Below, one piece after another: positions 40,212-53,485 of a stretch of DNA of 64,000 bases (positions within the stretch are counted from its first letter, which is position 1; the number at the start of each line of letters is the position of its first letter). The position numbers and the translations under genes are program-made. Origin of the DNA: Dicyema japonicum (taxonomy: Eukaryota > Animalia > Dicyemida); the NCBI GenBank assembly GCA_011109175.1, contig RDEW01000026.1, forward strand, positions 124,001 to 188,000, in the 5' to 3' direction. Below the pieces are notes generated by a model. That model had not been told where the DNA came from, ran no database searches, and was given only the letters and a program-made list of their open reading frames with translations.

Positions 40212-40823
40212 TTAAATATCTTTTTTAAATAAAAAAGACATTTTTGTGAGATTTGAATCAATATAATCAGTTGCGGAGATTTGACGTTTTGAAGGTCGTA
40301 ATTCCCGAATTTTTGAATTTAAGAAAATCATATACATGTGTGAGAAGAAGTACTTTACTGCATTCCCGTTAATGGCAGAGAATGTGTATTTTACAAAGAA
40401 TAGTTTCGTGTTATTATTAATTTTCATGAATTTGATATCCGACTGCATATCGTTGGATATAAAGGCGACCAAAGGGAGGCACTTTTGTCGAAAATGCTGA
40501 ATTCTATTAAATATTTCGTTTGCTTTTTTATAAGAAATATCATCATTTTTCTTGTATACTATTATCACTATATCAGCTTCCATAATTGACATTTTCATCA
40601 TTGTAGGACTAAAGAAAGCCCCACATGTGTCCACAATGATGAATGACATATCTGATTTGTTATCTATGTTTGCCTCATAGCTATTGCCAATGGTTGGAAT
40701 ATAACACAACAACTTCTTTCCCCACAAGTAGTTGGAAATTAACGTGGTTTTCCCTACCATTTTGTATCCCATCACATATATTTTAACCTTGGGTATTCTA
40801 TTAACATTTCCGTAGTCACTCAT
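40212..40823 (-). CDS. Intronless atypical Ras-family small GTPase (Di-Ras/Rhes-like), 203 aa
   Basis: GYKMVGKT (G1), YIPTI (G2), DTCG (G3); G4 degenerate, no CAAX. Confidence 0.85.
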   Translation of the reverse strand: MSDYGNVNRIPKVKIYVMGYKMVGKTTLISNYLWGKKLLCYIPTIGNSYEANIDNKSDMSFIIVDTCGAFFSPTMMKMSIMEADIVIIVYKKNDDISYKKANEIFNRIQHFRQKCLPLVAFISNDMQSDIKFMKINNNTKLFFVKYTFSAINGNAVKYFFSHMYMIFLNSKIRELRPSKRQISATDYIDSNLTKMSFLFKKDI

Positions 40824-40979
40824 TGTATTAATAATTAAATTGCATTAATAAATAGTGCTATTCTATTTTTAGAACTAATTTATGTCATTTAATTGTTTTT
40901 TTATTTTTAGATTATTAACATTTAAGGTTAATACAACAGTTTAGTCGTCCATGTAGTACTTTGTTACTGATCCACCCTA

Positions 40980-41950
40980 GGTCAAGATCTTTGCCCTGTG
41001 GATTTCCTCGAGTTCTTCTGCTACATGATCGCATCTGTGGACCTTTTCCGTTAAAAATGTTTTAACTATTCTTGGGAGTAATGCCAACTAGTTAGGTGAT
41101 CCCAGTTCCCGCAACCAAACGTGCCATCCGAAACCTGTGCGTCTCCATTGTTCCTAATGTCGAACGGAAATGCCTTTGGTAGGGTGGCATTAAATCAATT
41201 GGGATAGTGTAGTTAAAATGAGTGGTGGCGGACCTTCCAGGACGAAAGCCATGTGAAAAGCTGCTTGAGGGATGTCCAGAATAATGGCAGATAGTACCAG
41301 TTTTTCAAGAAGTTTTGATAATGTCATGGTTAAGGAAATTGTCCTGTATGAAGCAGGTTCTCTTTCCGGTTTTCCAGGCTTCAAAACTGGTTTTATAACA
41401 GTTCTTCCAAATCTTGGGAATAATATTGTAGTTAATAGATTAAATACTTGCGTTCATTGAAGATACTTGTCATGACCACATACCCGTGAGTTCTTTAATC
41501 CGACGATAACCTCTGAGACCTGCTTATCTGAGAATAGTTCTTAGGTTCATTTTTCGGTTTACGGCCACATACTTTGATATCCAGTTTTTAGAGAATTTCT
41601 TGAAGCTGATCGCAGCGTAGTTTTTCATAAGTATGTTAGGGTGTATATGACCAATGTGTTTTGGGGGATTAGCACCAATCTGGATTAGAATCCGCTTAAT
41701 TAGTTGATTAATATCGTTTTGTTAAAATTCCTATAGTCCCCAAAATGGTTGCAGTGGTAATTACAATCATATTGAATGTCTCTAGCAATATACCAACAAA
41801 CTACTTTTAAGAACACTTTCTTTAGTCTCGTATTTTAGCAATTGACTGTCAATTCATAGATTATTAATGCAGTAACATTCCACCTCTTGGACTACCATTT
41901 GCTCGCTAATTTGTAACTCAGAGGAATTGCCTGGGACAACTTCAGACATA
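40980..41950 (-). mobile_element. Decayed Jockey/I-like LINE (APE and RT fragments)
   Basis: KPGKPEREPASYRTISL..TLSKLLEKLV. Confidence 0.7.
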
Positions 41951-42353
41951 TACCGTGAACTATTCAGCTGTCAACAGCCACATGTACTTACAAGGTGGGA
42001 AAGAGTTTAAAATACAAGTAAAAGTGAGGTTTCCTACGTTATCCTGAACGTCTATTCCTCTAACTCTGGGTTCTTCTAAAACGCTTAAATATAACATTTA
42101 CGGAGATTTACTATAGAAAAATAAGTTGACAAGTTTAGATGCTGGAACATGTACTCACCCTTCATTTGGGTTTATGGTGAGGGAGTATTTCTGAGAATTT
42201 GAGTCTGTGAGGAACACGCAGTGAATTTTGGAATGCTTTTTTCTGTAAAATATGTGGTATTTTGGGGGATAAATAAAATTTGGGGGAATTGTAAGTTAGA
42301 TACTACCAAAACCAAATATTGTTATTATTCTATTTGTTAGAAAAAATAAGATA

Positions 42354-43722
42354 AGTGGCCCCAAAAAGTCATGGCACCATAAATAATATTTTACATTTTT
42401 ACCCATAAAATATAAAGTATTTTTACTTTTAATCATTTTTTACAAAATTAAAAACCATCAGGATATAGAAAATAATTTTAAATCTCTAAAATTTTGATAA
42501 TTGGTAAAGAAAAAACATTTTTTAACCTTTTAGTGTCATTTTAGGGTCAAAAATAGTTGAGACTCTTTATGACAATATTCTTTTTAAAGTAGGATAACAG
42601 AATGTAATTCTGTCAGATTATTTTTTTAAGTTTTGCCCACAAAAGGTTTGTTATCACTCAATAACGCATTATCAATAATTGAGATTAAAAAATAACCGTT
42701 TTTAACACTACTTTATGAAAAATCGGAAGAAATGATCGTCAAGTCCCACCAAGACAAAAAAAGTTACAATCAAATTTCCAAACAATTCAGTACAGTCAAA
42801 CTCCTCTAAACTGACTCCTCGGTATACCGGAATTCCTTTAAAACGGGACTAAACTTCTGGTCCCGATTCACCTCATGAGCCATCACTGCTATTTTATCTT
42901 CAATATACCGGATCTCTTCTATTCCGAATTCCGGCCGTATTTTGTGGTCCCAATTTGAATTTTCTTTTATCATAAACCGGCCTTCTGACATCAATCTTTG
43001 ATCTAATCTTGTTAATTGTCTTTAACCTTGAATTGCGAACAACGATAGAGATATATATTGCAGACAGCTCGACAGAAAATCAAAAACTAAATTCATCTCA
43101 AAAAGTGGGTGAACTAATTTTTCATAGATAAAATAATGAATGCCAAAAAGTACGTCGAAATTTTGAAAAATTGTTTAATTTTATCCACCAACAAATTAAA
43201 GTTAAGAAGCAATTAGACGTTTCAAAATGATAACGATCCGAAACATAAAGCTAAAATTACAACTGAATGGTTAAATAATGGAGTAAATGTTTTGAAATGG
43301 CTTAAACCAATTGAAAATTTATGGAAAACGTTGAAAATAAAGATAGGAAACAGAAGACCAAGAAATATAATGGAGTTAAAAGTATTCTGTCGTGAGGAAT
43401 GGAATAAAATTTCCAAAGAAGAATGCTTTAAATTAATAGAAACATACAAAAGAAGATTAGAGGAGGTAATTGTTGCAAAAGGTCATGCGACAAAATATTA
43501 ATGACGCACCGTCCCAACACTTTTTGACCATTAAATAACACTAAAATATAAAAAAAATTGTTTTTTCCTAACCAAATATTAAAATTTTAAAGATTTAAAA
43601 TTATTTTCAATATCCTAATACTTTTTAATTTTGTAAAAAAATAACTAAAAGTAAAAATATTTTTTATGGGTAAAAAAATAACTAATAAAATTTAGTAAAT
43701 GGTGCCATGACTGTTTCCACTG
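42354..43722 (+). mobile_element. Tc1-family transposon with ~200-bp TIRs, decayed
   Basis: Long imperfect inverted repeats (42354-42560 and 43510-43722) ending cactg-TA; QNDNDPKH, PIENLW, VAKGHATKY*. Confidence 0.85.
42793..43000 (+). mobile_element. pogo-like terminal fragment inserted at TA within the Tc1
   Basis: TA|cagtcaaactcctctaa terminus and repeated taccgga subterminal motifs. Confidence 0.5.
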
Positions 43723-44199
43723 TAGGTCTTTTTGATTAGAGACCCCAAATATTTGTAAACACACTCAGCCATGAGGATTAGTTTCTGTTTGTGAGCATTT
43801 TATGAATATTTTATATTATTTTAAACACAACCATCAATAAAATAATCTCTCTTGAGAAATTCGTGTACTTTACGACCATCTGGCTCTCATGGATTAACTC
43901 TTCGATTTCCTTATGTCCATAGTTATCACAATCTATCACGGAGGCACCGGTTGAGCAGCCCAGTTTTAATATGTTCTCGTTTACTTTTAAGTTATCAACG
44001 TGAGCACTTGGTTCCCATACTATATTAAAGGTTAAAGTGTCTTTTGAACAGATGTAGAGACATTGATACTCCCAGTGGGTCCTGTTGGTTTTTAAAAGGC
44101 ATACGTGAGCCTCTGAGCTGTTTAAATAAATGGACGGAGGCCTGTGGTTTTTTTTTAAAAACCTTAAAATAATCAATAATATAATCAAATCCTTGAACC

Positions 44200-44390
44200 A
44201 GTCGCAGTCGAAACTTCGGGAGTCATAGGAAGCAGGTCGTTAGCCCTGCTCAACAAAATTGGATCGTTAGTCGCTAAAAGGAGGAGGGATGTCAGAGAGA
44301 AGGGCTGGCTCATTGAGCGCATCTCCTTACAGATCGTAAGGGGAAATGCGCTCTCAATCCTGAGAGCAGCCAGTAGCCTTTAACTATTTG
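44200..44390 (+). mobile_element. CRE-like LINE 3' end (another copy at ~45250-45370)
   Basis: PVAVETSGVIG...LIERISLQIVRGNALSILRAAS. Confidence 0.7.
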
Positions 44391-44503
44391 GTTTTATTCT
44401 TTAATAAATTGTTATTAATCTTAAAAAAAAATAAAAAAAAATAATCAATTTAATCAAACTGTTTGTGGTTGGAATGACATTTAAATTTAAATCCATGTCT
44501 AAG

Positions 44504-44646
44504 GATTTCGGATCTCTGGAGCGGATCTCTGGAGCAAAAGTCGAGGATCTCTGGGAGCGGCCTGTCCGGACTGCACGCTCTTTGATGGTCGCCGGCTTCC
44601 CACTTGCTGGCGAAGCCGGGGTTAATAATTTAATTTAATTTAATTT
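44504..44646 (+). mobile_element. 5'-truncated retroposed insertion with 13-bp TSD
   Basis: atccatgtctaag at 44491-44503 and 44647-44659; (ttaat)n tail. Confidence 0.8.
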
Positions 44647-45406
44647 ATCCATGTCTAAGATGATTTCGAGAGTATCACAACAACAGACCAAACCACATGT
44701 GTAAGATAGACTATTATACATACTTTATATATTATCATATTCCGATTAAATGGGATTAAATAGCAAAAATGTAAATTATCGTAATCAATCCACTTTAAAT
44801 CAGTTGGATGTAGAGATAATATGACAATTCACGTAGGTCACGTGTAGAATAAACTGTTCTTCCATATTTGGTAGTAGTCTCTTGATAATGTGGTGATAAC
44901 AGTAATCGATAATATTGAGATTTTGTCAGGCAATGCAAATCACGCAGTGAGGGCGACTACTAACTAACTAATGTTTTTTTAGTTTAAAGAAAATAAACAA
45001 AAAATACAAATCATGCAAGGTGAATTTAACAATTTTGTATTAGTGCTAATTATCTTATTACACAACCTTGGATATGGATTGATTTCCTTGGGGAGATATA
45101 GTATTCTGAATGAGGATATTTAGGAGGTAATATAGAATGTCCATTTTCATAATTATAGATAACATGACATATTGAGAACATGTCACAACCCAACAAAAAC
45201 TACGAAACAAAACTCAAGATTGCTACATCAATAATGAAGGACAAGTAATGTTCGCAATCCATCGTCACGATCATTGCGAAAAAGAAATGGGGAAGAGAGT
45301 TGCCTCATTGAGCGTATTAACTTGCAAATAGTAAGGGGAATGCGCTTTCAATCGTGAGAGCAGCCACTTAAATCACTTTAGTGTTTGCTTTAAATAAATA
45401 ACAAAT

Positions 45407-45973
45407 ATGAAGCACAGTTAATTTACAAATACTAAACTAAGGAAGGCATTGTTTTGATAATACAAAATATTTCTGGATGGCGGAATTGTCACCACTGTGA
45501 ATGATCTTCTGTTTTGCTTTCAAAGGAGATAAATTCAATGATCAAATTTGTGAAATATTTGAGAAACTACATGGAAATAAAATTCAAATATCAGGTCCTT
45601 AAGAAAATCTTAGTTACGACATCAAAATTTGGATTTAATGATGGGGGTATAAAATGTTCTGCATATCACCCCAGTTGCTCAAAGATTACGAATTTAGACT
45701 AAATTTGATGAAAAATTAAAAACTGCATTTATTTGCAAATCGTCAGACGAATTAATATCGGGAATAGAGGCCTCGGTTGTAAAAAACAAAAATTCTTTTC
45801 TATAATCAGCTGACGTGGTTGTCACAAGATGGTGTAGTTGGCTAACCGCATCAAAATATTACTGCATGAATCTTGCTGAAGAATATTCAAGATTAAACGG
45901 TGACGGAATTATTATAAGAGGGTATGAAAGTAATAAATATATAAATAACAAAAAATTTAAAGAAAAAGTATGA
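45407..45973 (+). CDS. Possible spliced gene of unknown function, tail-to-tail with ATG13
   Basis: Candidate 19-29-nt introns and open segments (GDKFNDQICEIFEKLHG; NGDGIIIRGYESNK), but no stop-free model could be assembled. Confidence 0.3.
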
Positions 45974-45983
45974 GGTACAAATA

Positions 45984-47222
45984 TTAATCTGATATATCAA
46001 ATTGAGTTTCCTGACTTAATACATCAAATTTATCCCCAAGTTCTTTCAATTTGGATATAGTTTGCTCAATCGACTTGAGGACGCCCTTCGTTGAGTTCAC
46101 TGTCGGATTTGACATGAATGACGGTTTCCGAATGCTTAAGGGATAAAATTCAACAAACAAGTTGGAAACGGAGGTAAAAAAGTTCTCAACATATATCTGA
46201 TCTTCCTATCAATTGAAAACCAATATCTACCTCCTTTGGCATATTAAACGCGTTGTATTGATCCTCCAGATAATAAAAATCTGGCATCTCCAGGGACCTT
46301 CCGATCACACAACGGGCGTTTTTACAGATTTCGTCACGGAATCTCGTAAGATGTCCGAACTTTATGTTGCCATAGTAATCACGACCTTCACTTCTCTTGA
46401 ATTTAACAGCTAACTTCCGCATTTTGGATCTCCTTAAAGTAAAATCACAGTCTACGCATATTCCTCACATGATTCAATCACGTGTTCAATTAGCTCAGTA
46501 AAGTTATACAATTCATTCCGAAATGTATAGCTGACAGTCAGATAGTGGTGGAAGTCTACCACTTTCCCTATCAGCTGTTTTGAGAACGTTGCGTCCTTAG
46601 ACACAAAAGATTCTGAGTCATTCTTCTCCCTTCTGATTCGCAAAAAGGCCCAATCTCCGTTAGTAGGCAAAGCTCGGAAATACCTAGGGACCATTAGAAT
46701 GAGTAGAACCTGTAGTAAACTGGGGATATTCTAAGAGTTGAAATAATACACCGAATCACGTTGCTAAGTTGCAAGAAGATGTGGGCTTTACTAGTGGTCT
46801 CATTTGACTTCTTTTCATAGTAAAAAGTCCATTGTTCAAGCAAAATGGGGGATTCACTACCACATCTGGCAAGGACCTCAATATGTAGAGGAAAGTTGTC
46901 GTTCCCAGAATAATCGACAATTTGATTTACCACATTTATCAGACTTTCTTTGAGATAAATGGTCATCCCTTCATTCAATGGAATGTTAAGGCCAAACTAT
47001 AATGTAAAAGATAAGGGATACCCAAATATAGTTATTTGAGCTTTGGTGAGTTACAAATCCAGTTTTATATTTCCCTGTCTTTGATCTTGAGGCAAACACA
47101 CTTTGGATTGAATAAATTAGTAGATATTTTATAAGCTGCTTAATATTCTTGTCACTGGTGGCCTTGGCAGGGGGAGCCTTTACTGGACTTTTATAAGAGC
47201 ACATTAATCGACTACTACACAA
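45984..47222 (-). CDS. ATG13: Autophagy protein 13 (N-terminal HORMA domain)
   Basis: DKNIKQLIKYL...IQSVFASR, IWFNI, LHIEV, LLEQW, ..LSNVIRCIISTLRISPVY align with ATG13 HORMA motifs (xWFNL, LExW, SLLAITRVTPAY). Confidence 0.7.
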
Positions 47223-47599
47223 TATTTGTTTATAAACCGTAATTATTGATCAATTATTTTTATTTGATGATGCAACCCACCAAACAAATTTTAATTAATA
47301 AAAGATAAATTATAAAAATTCAATTTATTACAAAAATTAAAAATTAACCTCTTGGGGACCACAAAATGTATTTGTTGATATAACTAAATGTGAAAAGAAG
47401 AGTAATGTGTTTAAATCTATCTCTGGCTTATGTAGATCGGGAATTATCCTAATTTGAATTCTATATACAAACAATAGATTGACCACGGATTTCTTATGCA
47501 TGTAGCATCTGTGGTTCATTTATTTCTTGGAAAATGTTTTAAAGATCGAGGCTAGCCGAAAGGGAGCCTCCAAAATTACGTAACGATGGACTTTTGGAG

Positions 47600-47765
47600 A
47601 TTTCCAGTCTTCAATGCCTCTAGAATCCATGATACGGATGAATCGTGTAACGTGCCATTCTGACTACGAAGATCCAGTCATTCGGCCGATACATACTTGT
47701 TTGGGGTCGAGTGAGGAGCATTGGTGAGGTCTCTGCTAGAGCGTACTGGGATCACGTGATTGGTT
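47600..47765 (+). mobile_element. Jockey/I-like LINE 3' end
   Basis: ...VRSLLERTGIT*, gggatcacgtga terminus shared with the ends at ~57600, ~58340 and ~59365. Confidence 0.5.
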
Positions 47766-47865
47766 AAATCTATAATCATATTTATTGGCATTAAATCCAA
47801 TTATAAATATCGACTAGTTAATTAAAAAATCAAAACAACTAACAAAAAGCTTATTAAATACAAAA

Positions 47866-50800
47866 TCAGCAATCAATCCCCAATTCCCTAAACCTCTTCA
47901 TTCTCAGCGGGGGGAGGATACTATAGAACACAATACAAGGGCCAGAATCTTCATCAATCCGAATCTTATGAAACAGGACAATAATATCCTTCAATTGCTA
48001 CACTACTTAATGACAGAAAACCTTATGAACGGGTGAAGACAGTGTAGTAGAAAATAAGTTGGCAAATCCTTGAGAGATGGAACTCAAGGGAGTCGTCATT
48101 ATGAAAACATTAACATGATGTAAGGCCAATGCAAACATAAGCTCATTTTCCTCGAACGTCACAGATTTAGAGACCATAGCCGTAAAATAGTGGGCAATCA
48201 TGTCAGCACATGTTTCATTAGGCCACAAATAGTGCTTAATCCACTACAAAACCATCACCAATCAACCCACATTATTGAGACTAATACGAATAGAGTACAG
48301 ACAACAGGCAAACGTCGTCCACAGTTGTTGACGATACTTTACAGAGAAGCACTGTCTGCATGGAGAAAGAACGTAAAGTGTATAAGAAGGTTCCGAGTAG
48401 GACATGGCAGAGAAGTTCTCCAATAATTGGGCATAACTGAGAATCATAAGAATGCTTACTGAGCGTCAAAACTGTTGTCAAACTCATATTTGGTAATAGT
48501 CTTTGTTTTCCTATAGAAAAGGTCAATGAGTCCACAAAGAGAAACTGAGACAACCTCATCATGGTAGATCATGCCTAGTGGTAAAAGACTGTTACTACTG
48601 TTAACAAAAACGGAAGAAATGTGGCAGAACATGTTTCCCGCAGATGAACACATGGAAGGAATGTTCATGGACTCAACCAAATATACAAAATTGATGACTT
48701 TGACAACATCAGACACGTGTATTTCACTCCTACTATATATTAAGAAATACTTATCCTTTAGCTTCATCAAAGGGGAATAAATCCAGTCAATTGGGAATAT
48801 AGGTACCAAAGAAGACAACCCAGTATTTTCACGTGGCAGGTTGTACACTTGAACCAAACCTATCAAACTCATCTTTCTTCCCGTCAATTCCTGAATTATT
48901 TCTTTAAATATTAAAATCAAGTGACCTTAGAACATCAACAAAGTCATCAGCCAATAGGATGCTGCGTAGAATGTCACTTCCAATATCTTGTTGTCCGAGA
49001 ACAAGTCGTTTGAAAAGGAGACCAGCACAGTCATAATAAAGTAACCTGACAGAATCAGTAGTATTCTAGATGGCACAGAATAAATACTTTATTAAAGTGA
49101 AAAACTCTTATTTTAATGACATAATACACTAGCTTGGACTCAAACGTTGACAGTAAACCACATACACCCTCGCAGGAGATCGGAGATGTTCTCAAATAAG
49201 CCTTAATATAGGGATCACAACATCCAATAACACAATCAATCATATTCCGCACAAATTCTGGAATATCAACGTTATTCTCCACAAAGAACAACAAAAATTG
49301 AATAATCAGTGTTAAAAAAGAGACACGTGTCGAATCCCAATCAAAGGTATATGACTCATGTTGACAGTATTTGTTCAATACAGCAGGTAGTGACCCTACA
49401 AGGCGAGTACTCCCCAATATGTCACGACAAAATGAGTGTTTCCTATAAATGATGATACAAAGGCAACCACAGTGACTGCAAGGCAAAGCCAACAACCTCA
49501 TTAAGTTTACACTTAAAGAAAATATCACCAATTTTCTCAAGGAATGCAGTAAGCTGGACATTCCCATCTGTCATATTTAACAAGCGATTTATGCCGTACA
49601 AAATGGGAGTAAATAAGCTGTAAATATCATCGGACTGAGATAACACACAAAAGCTACAAGTTTGGTTATCCCTTTTCTGGCAGAAATAACTAAATATTCA
49701 AACTCCTCATTGACATCACTACTCATAATTTACACCCAATACATCTCAACACAGTTATAGAACGAAGCACGCACATAAATTTCCTCAGTTAGAGAAAAGA
49801 AAGAAGCCGTTGATGACAGTTTTAAGTAATTGGCAGTTCTCAGTAGTCCATTTACTACTTTTAGGAGTTCATTGCAATTCATGTTTTGCTTAATCCGAGT
49901 AATACGATCCCAAAAGAGAGGTCGGTCATTCTATAATATAAATGGGGGAGAACAAGCTCAATGGCAAAGGAAGGACAGAAAACAGTCAAAATTGTGAATA
50001 TTTTGATGATTTTGGCCACAAGACTATGGTGAATGATTCCGTCGTCACACAATGTTATAAACGACTCCATAATCGTTTCAATTAAATAAGGACAGGAGAC
50101 AATCTAACATGAATGCAAATGAAAATATACCATAGAACAGGCATTCCTAGAGTTCCTAGCAATCCTTATAAGAATATCAATTAGTTTGGTCTTGAAATAA
50201 ACCAGTTCCACCTGGGACTCAAACATGGTGGCACTCTTTATGGCAAACAAATATCTAAGTCTCTGAAGAATGTTCATTTCCAATAAAGCCTACAATCATC
50301 CACAATATAACCTCTATTACGTCTCGTTTGGCTAAACTAACCTCACGTGGAGTTTCTTCATCGACTGTGACGGAAATATCAAACGTAAATTGATAACACA
50401 GCCATGAATTTGTCAGATAATCAAGAAATATCTATTTTCCTGAGACTATTGGACAACCTCATCGTCTTGTCTTACAGTCAAATGCCAGAGACATTCGATT
50501 GCCGGGCAAATGAGGACCTTTGTGCCTTCGTCTAACAGCCAGCGCAACAAAAACACGACACCAGACTGTAGTATCCACTCCATTATTCCCTGAGCTTGGT
50601 CACGTGGGTAATTTACAGTATCTAAACACTTTAGTTATTTTGCAGAACAAACCTGTCTTAAAATGGCTGAGATTGTATTCCAAGCGACAACTCTTTGGGC
50701 AGAATAAGAACTCTGTGCCAGCAGAACCAGCTCATCGAGGGAATAGCCCGGTCTCTAAGTGATTAGACCGAGAGTTTACACTAGACTCCTCACTGTGGTG

Positions 50801-51449
50801 GTAAAGAGAGGAATCGCAGTTTTGTTGAATATCCTTCATAATATTGCCGGAAAAGTCGAATCTTAACAAATTTTTCTAATATATACTTAATAAGTAAAAA
50901 CTCCTTCTCTTGAGGACACATCCTCCATCCACTCTAGTTTGCTCAATTCTGGCTTGTCCATGTTGAGCCATCCCTCCTTCATGAGGATCTGTACGCTACT
51001 GGGAATAGTTTTTTCCTTCACTGGTGAGTTTAACAGTTTATTTTGTCTATTTTTGATGAAATCTATTAATTCAGGACCTATAAATTATGGAAGGATGTGA
51101 CTTATTTTATCCATGATCTCCTTTCTCTCCAGCTGGATTTCCTGAGGAGAAAATTGTTCTATCAACAATAAATTTTCAGTTTTTATTGATTCGACTTCTT
51201 TATTTTTATTTAGCACTGAAATTCCACTTCCGTTTATTAGAGAATCACCAGATTCTACTGATGGCACACTATTAGAGTTATTATTTAGGCCTAGTAATTC
51301 ATCTTTCTGGGCAAATAAACTCTGGTTTTGATATGTTGTCGATTTTATATTGGGATTTCGTTTTATTGCCGACCCATGTTCCTAGAATAATTAAATTTAT
51401 TTCATTAAATTAAGTAAAGTTTGAGTACCACGATAATGTCAGAGATCAT
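47866..51449 (-). CDS. RPAP1: RNA polymerase II-associated protein 1
   Basis: ENLLLIEQFSPQEIQLERKEI, LYHHSEE, RPGYSLDELVLLAQSSYSAQRVVAWNTI, GVVFLLRWLLDE, FPIDWIYSPL; many short introns. Confidence 0.85.
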
Positions 51450-52150
51450 ATTTAAATTTAAATTCTATAAAATTATTAATAAAATTTAATTTTTTATAAT
51501 TTAATTTTTTGAAGATGGTGGTGGCTGAGGTCCTTGCCCGCGCTATTGGCGAGGCTACCTCGTTTTGAAGACCATGGATTGGATTTCTTTATATTTCTTT
51601 CCCCTAATTGTACTTGGATTGGACTCTAATCGTCGAGGAGTATCTACCGCTGCAAACGTCTAAAACTATAGCTATATTCCATATTATTATTAATAGCACT
51701 TTCGAAGAACCAAAAATGTAATTTATTTAATTAAGGTTCCGCTTGTGCCGTATTTTTTCTTCAGGTTATTTTTTTTTACTATTCTCTTGACCAACTTCCT
51801 CCATGCTCCGCGGTTACAGGCAGTTATTCCGAGCGTATCCAGATCATCTCCAGTTTTCAGCTTTCGTCCTACATTGGTCAGGTCCTTGTGTAGAACCTCT
51901 GGCAAAGTTATGCGAGGTCTTCCAAGGAACGAGGTATTCACTTCTGGGCAGAAATAGTTCTCCATTGATATTTTGGCAGGCGTCATCTGGCTCATCCGAA
52001 GGATGTGACCAAATAGACGCCATCTTGATTCAAGGATATACAGACTCAATGGTCTTGTATTGCATACTTTGTATAGATTCTTGTTTGTAATTTTTTTCGG
52101 CCAGTTGATGCCAAGCAACAGTCGGAGTTGCTTACGATGGAAGGCATCTA

Positions 52151-52391
52151 TACCATTTCAGGTTTAAAGTGGGTCTTACCAAAAGCAAAGTGGGTCTTAC
52201 CAAAAGCAAAGTGGTACTTACCAAAAGCAAAGTGGAACTTACCAAAGCAAAGTGGACTTACCAAAAGCAAAGTGGGTCTTACCAAAAGCAAAGTGGTACT
52301 TACCAAAAGCAAAGTGGAACTTACCAAAAGCAAAGTGGAACTTACCAAAGCAAAGTGAACTTACCAAAAGCAAAGTGAACAAAAATTATTT
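52151..52391 (+). repeat. Left TIR: about 10 units of the 21-bp AAAAGCAAAGTGG(GT/TA/AA)CTTACC
   Basis: Read directly from the sequence. Confidence 0.95.
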
Positions 52392-53485
52392 AATAAACCA
52401 TGTCATCATTATTTAACACCGATGGGGCCAACCTCTGAATTCTAGCAATTACGGTGTTGCATAAATATGGAGTGATTATACATAATGAATTAATCATACT
52501 TTCTTCTAACTTTTGAAGTCGAAACTCCGTAGTTGACAAAGCTTCTTGTCTCACACCATCCAAAATATTTTTCATATCTGTAGCAATGTGTCTTTTACAT
52601 CAGCTTTGAAAACTGACCAAATATTCTCAATTGGGTTGAGCATAGGGTTATAGGGACCCAATCTTAAAATTTTATTTCCGATGAATTCATTATCTCTGAC
52701 AATTTCTTCAATTTCTGAATGGCATGGACCATTGTCTACACTAGCACTACTGGAAAATTGTAAACTTCCCTGGCTTTTCGTAGACAAATTCTCACCCATT
52801 CATGGGCGGATTCTTTATTAAAGGATCCACGTTTGAATTCATAATGTAACAATCCAAGGGACCCGATGCAACCAATGAAATGTACATTGGCACCTCGCGA
52901 ACTTGTTGCAACGACATTAGCCCTTGTTCCTTTTTATGAACGACCCTTTTTATAAGATTTGTGCATGTTTATATTGTTTCATCCATAAGTAATATTAGAA
53001 TTTGTTCTGATTGATATTCAAATAATGAAGTAATAAATTTTTTCTTTATTTAATTTACTATTGCCTTTCTCTGGTTCATACCTGATATCTTTCAAAAAAT
53101 AACAGGCACCGTCCAACTGGACTCGAATGGTTTCTTTAAAACATTTAAGCTGAAATTAGAATTTAAAAGAATTCTCAAGGTCTCAAGAGTAATCAAAGGG
53201 TTAATTTCGAGCTGTTCAACACAATAATTTTTATGTTTGTCAAGAAATTTTTTTGCTTTTGATCCCCCTCGCTGATCAGGTTTGTCCTTGTTTTTCAACC
53301 AACGATAAGTAGTAGTTTTTGGAACATCGAGAGATTTTGCAAGTTCCCACCAGTCACCATCTCCCTCATAGCCCCCGATAATAAGATTTTTCTTAATTGC
53401 AGCTTCAGACTTTTTTATTTGAGCAGGCATATGAATAAAAAAATGAAATATTTGCGCAGACATGCAAATATATAGGTTTTTGCTA

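Noticed and set aside
43811-44188. 125-codon ORF as a host gene
   Set aside because: An off-frame QQ-DPLG-like trace suggests a decayed RT, and it lies between TE remnants.
44491-44503. ccatgtctaag as the start of 18S rRNA
   Set aside because: The match is only ~10 nt and is explained as a target-site duplication.
52128-52378. ORF-track proteins such as LTKSKV, TLLLVS and CKSVEIN repeats (also 53462-54002)
   Set aside because: They are translations of the 21-bp arrays, which are open in several frames on both strands.
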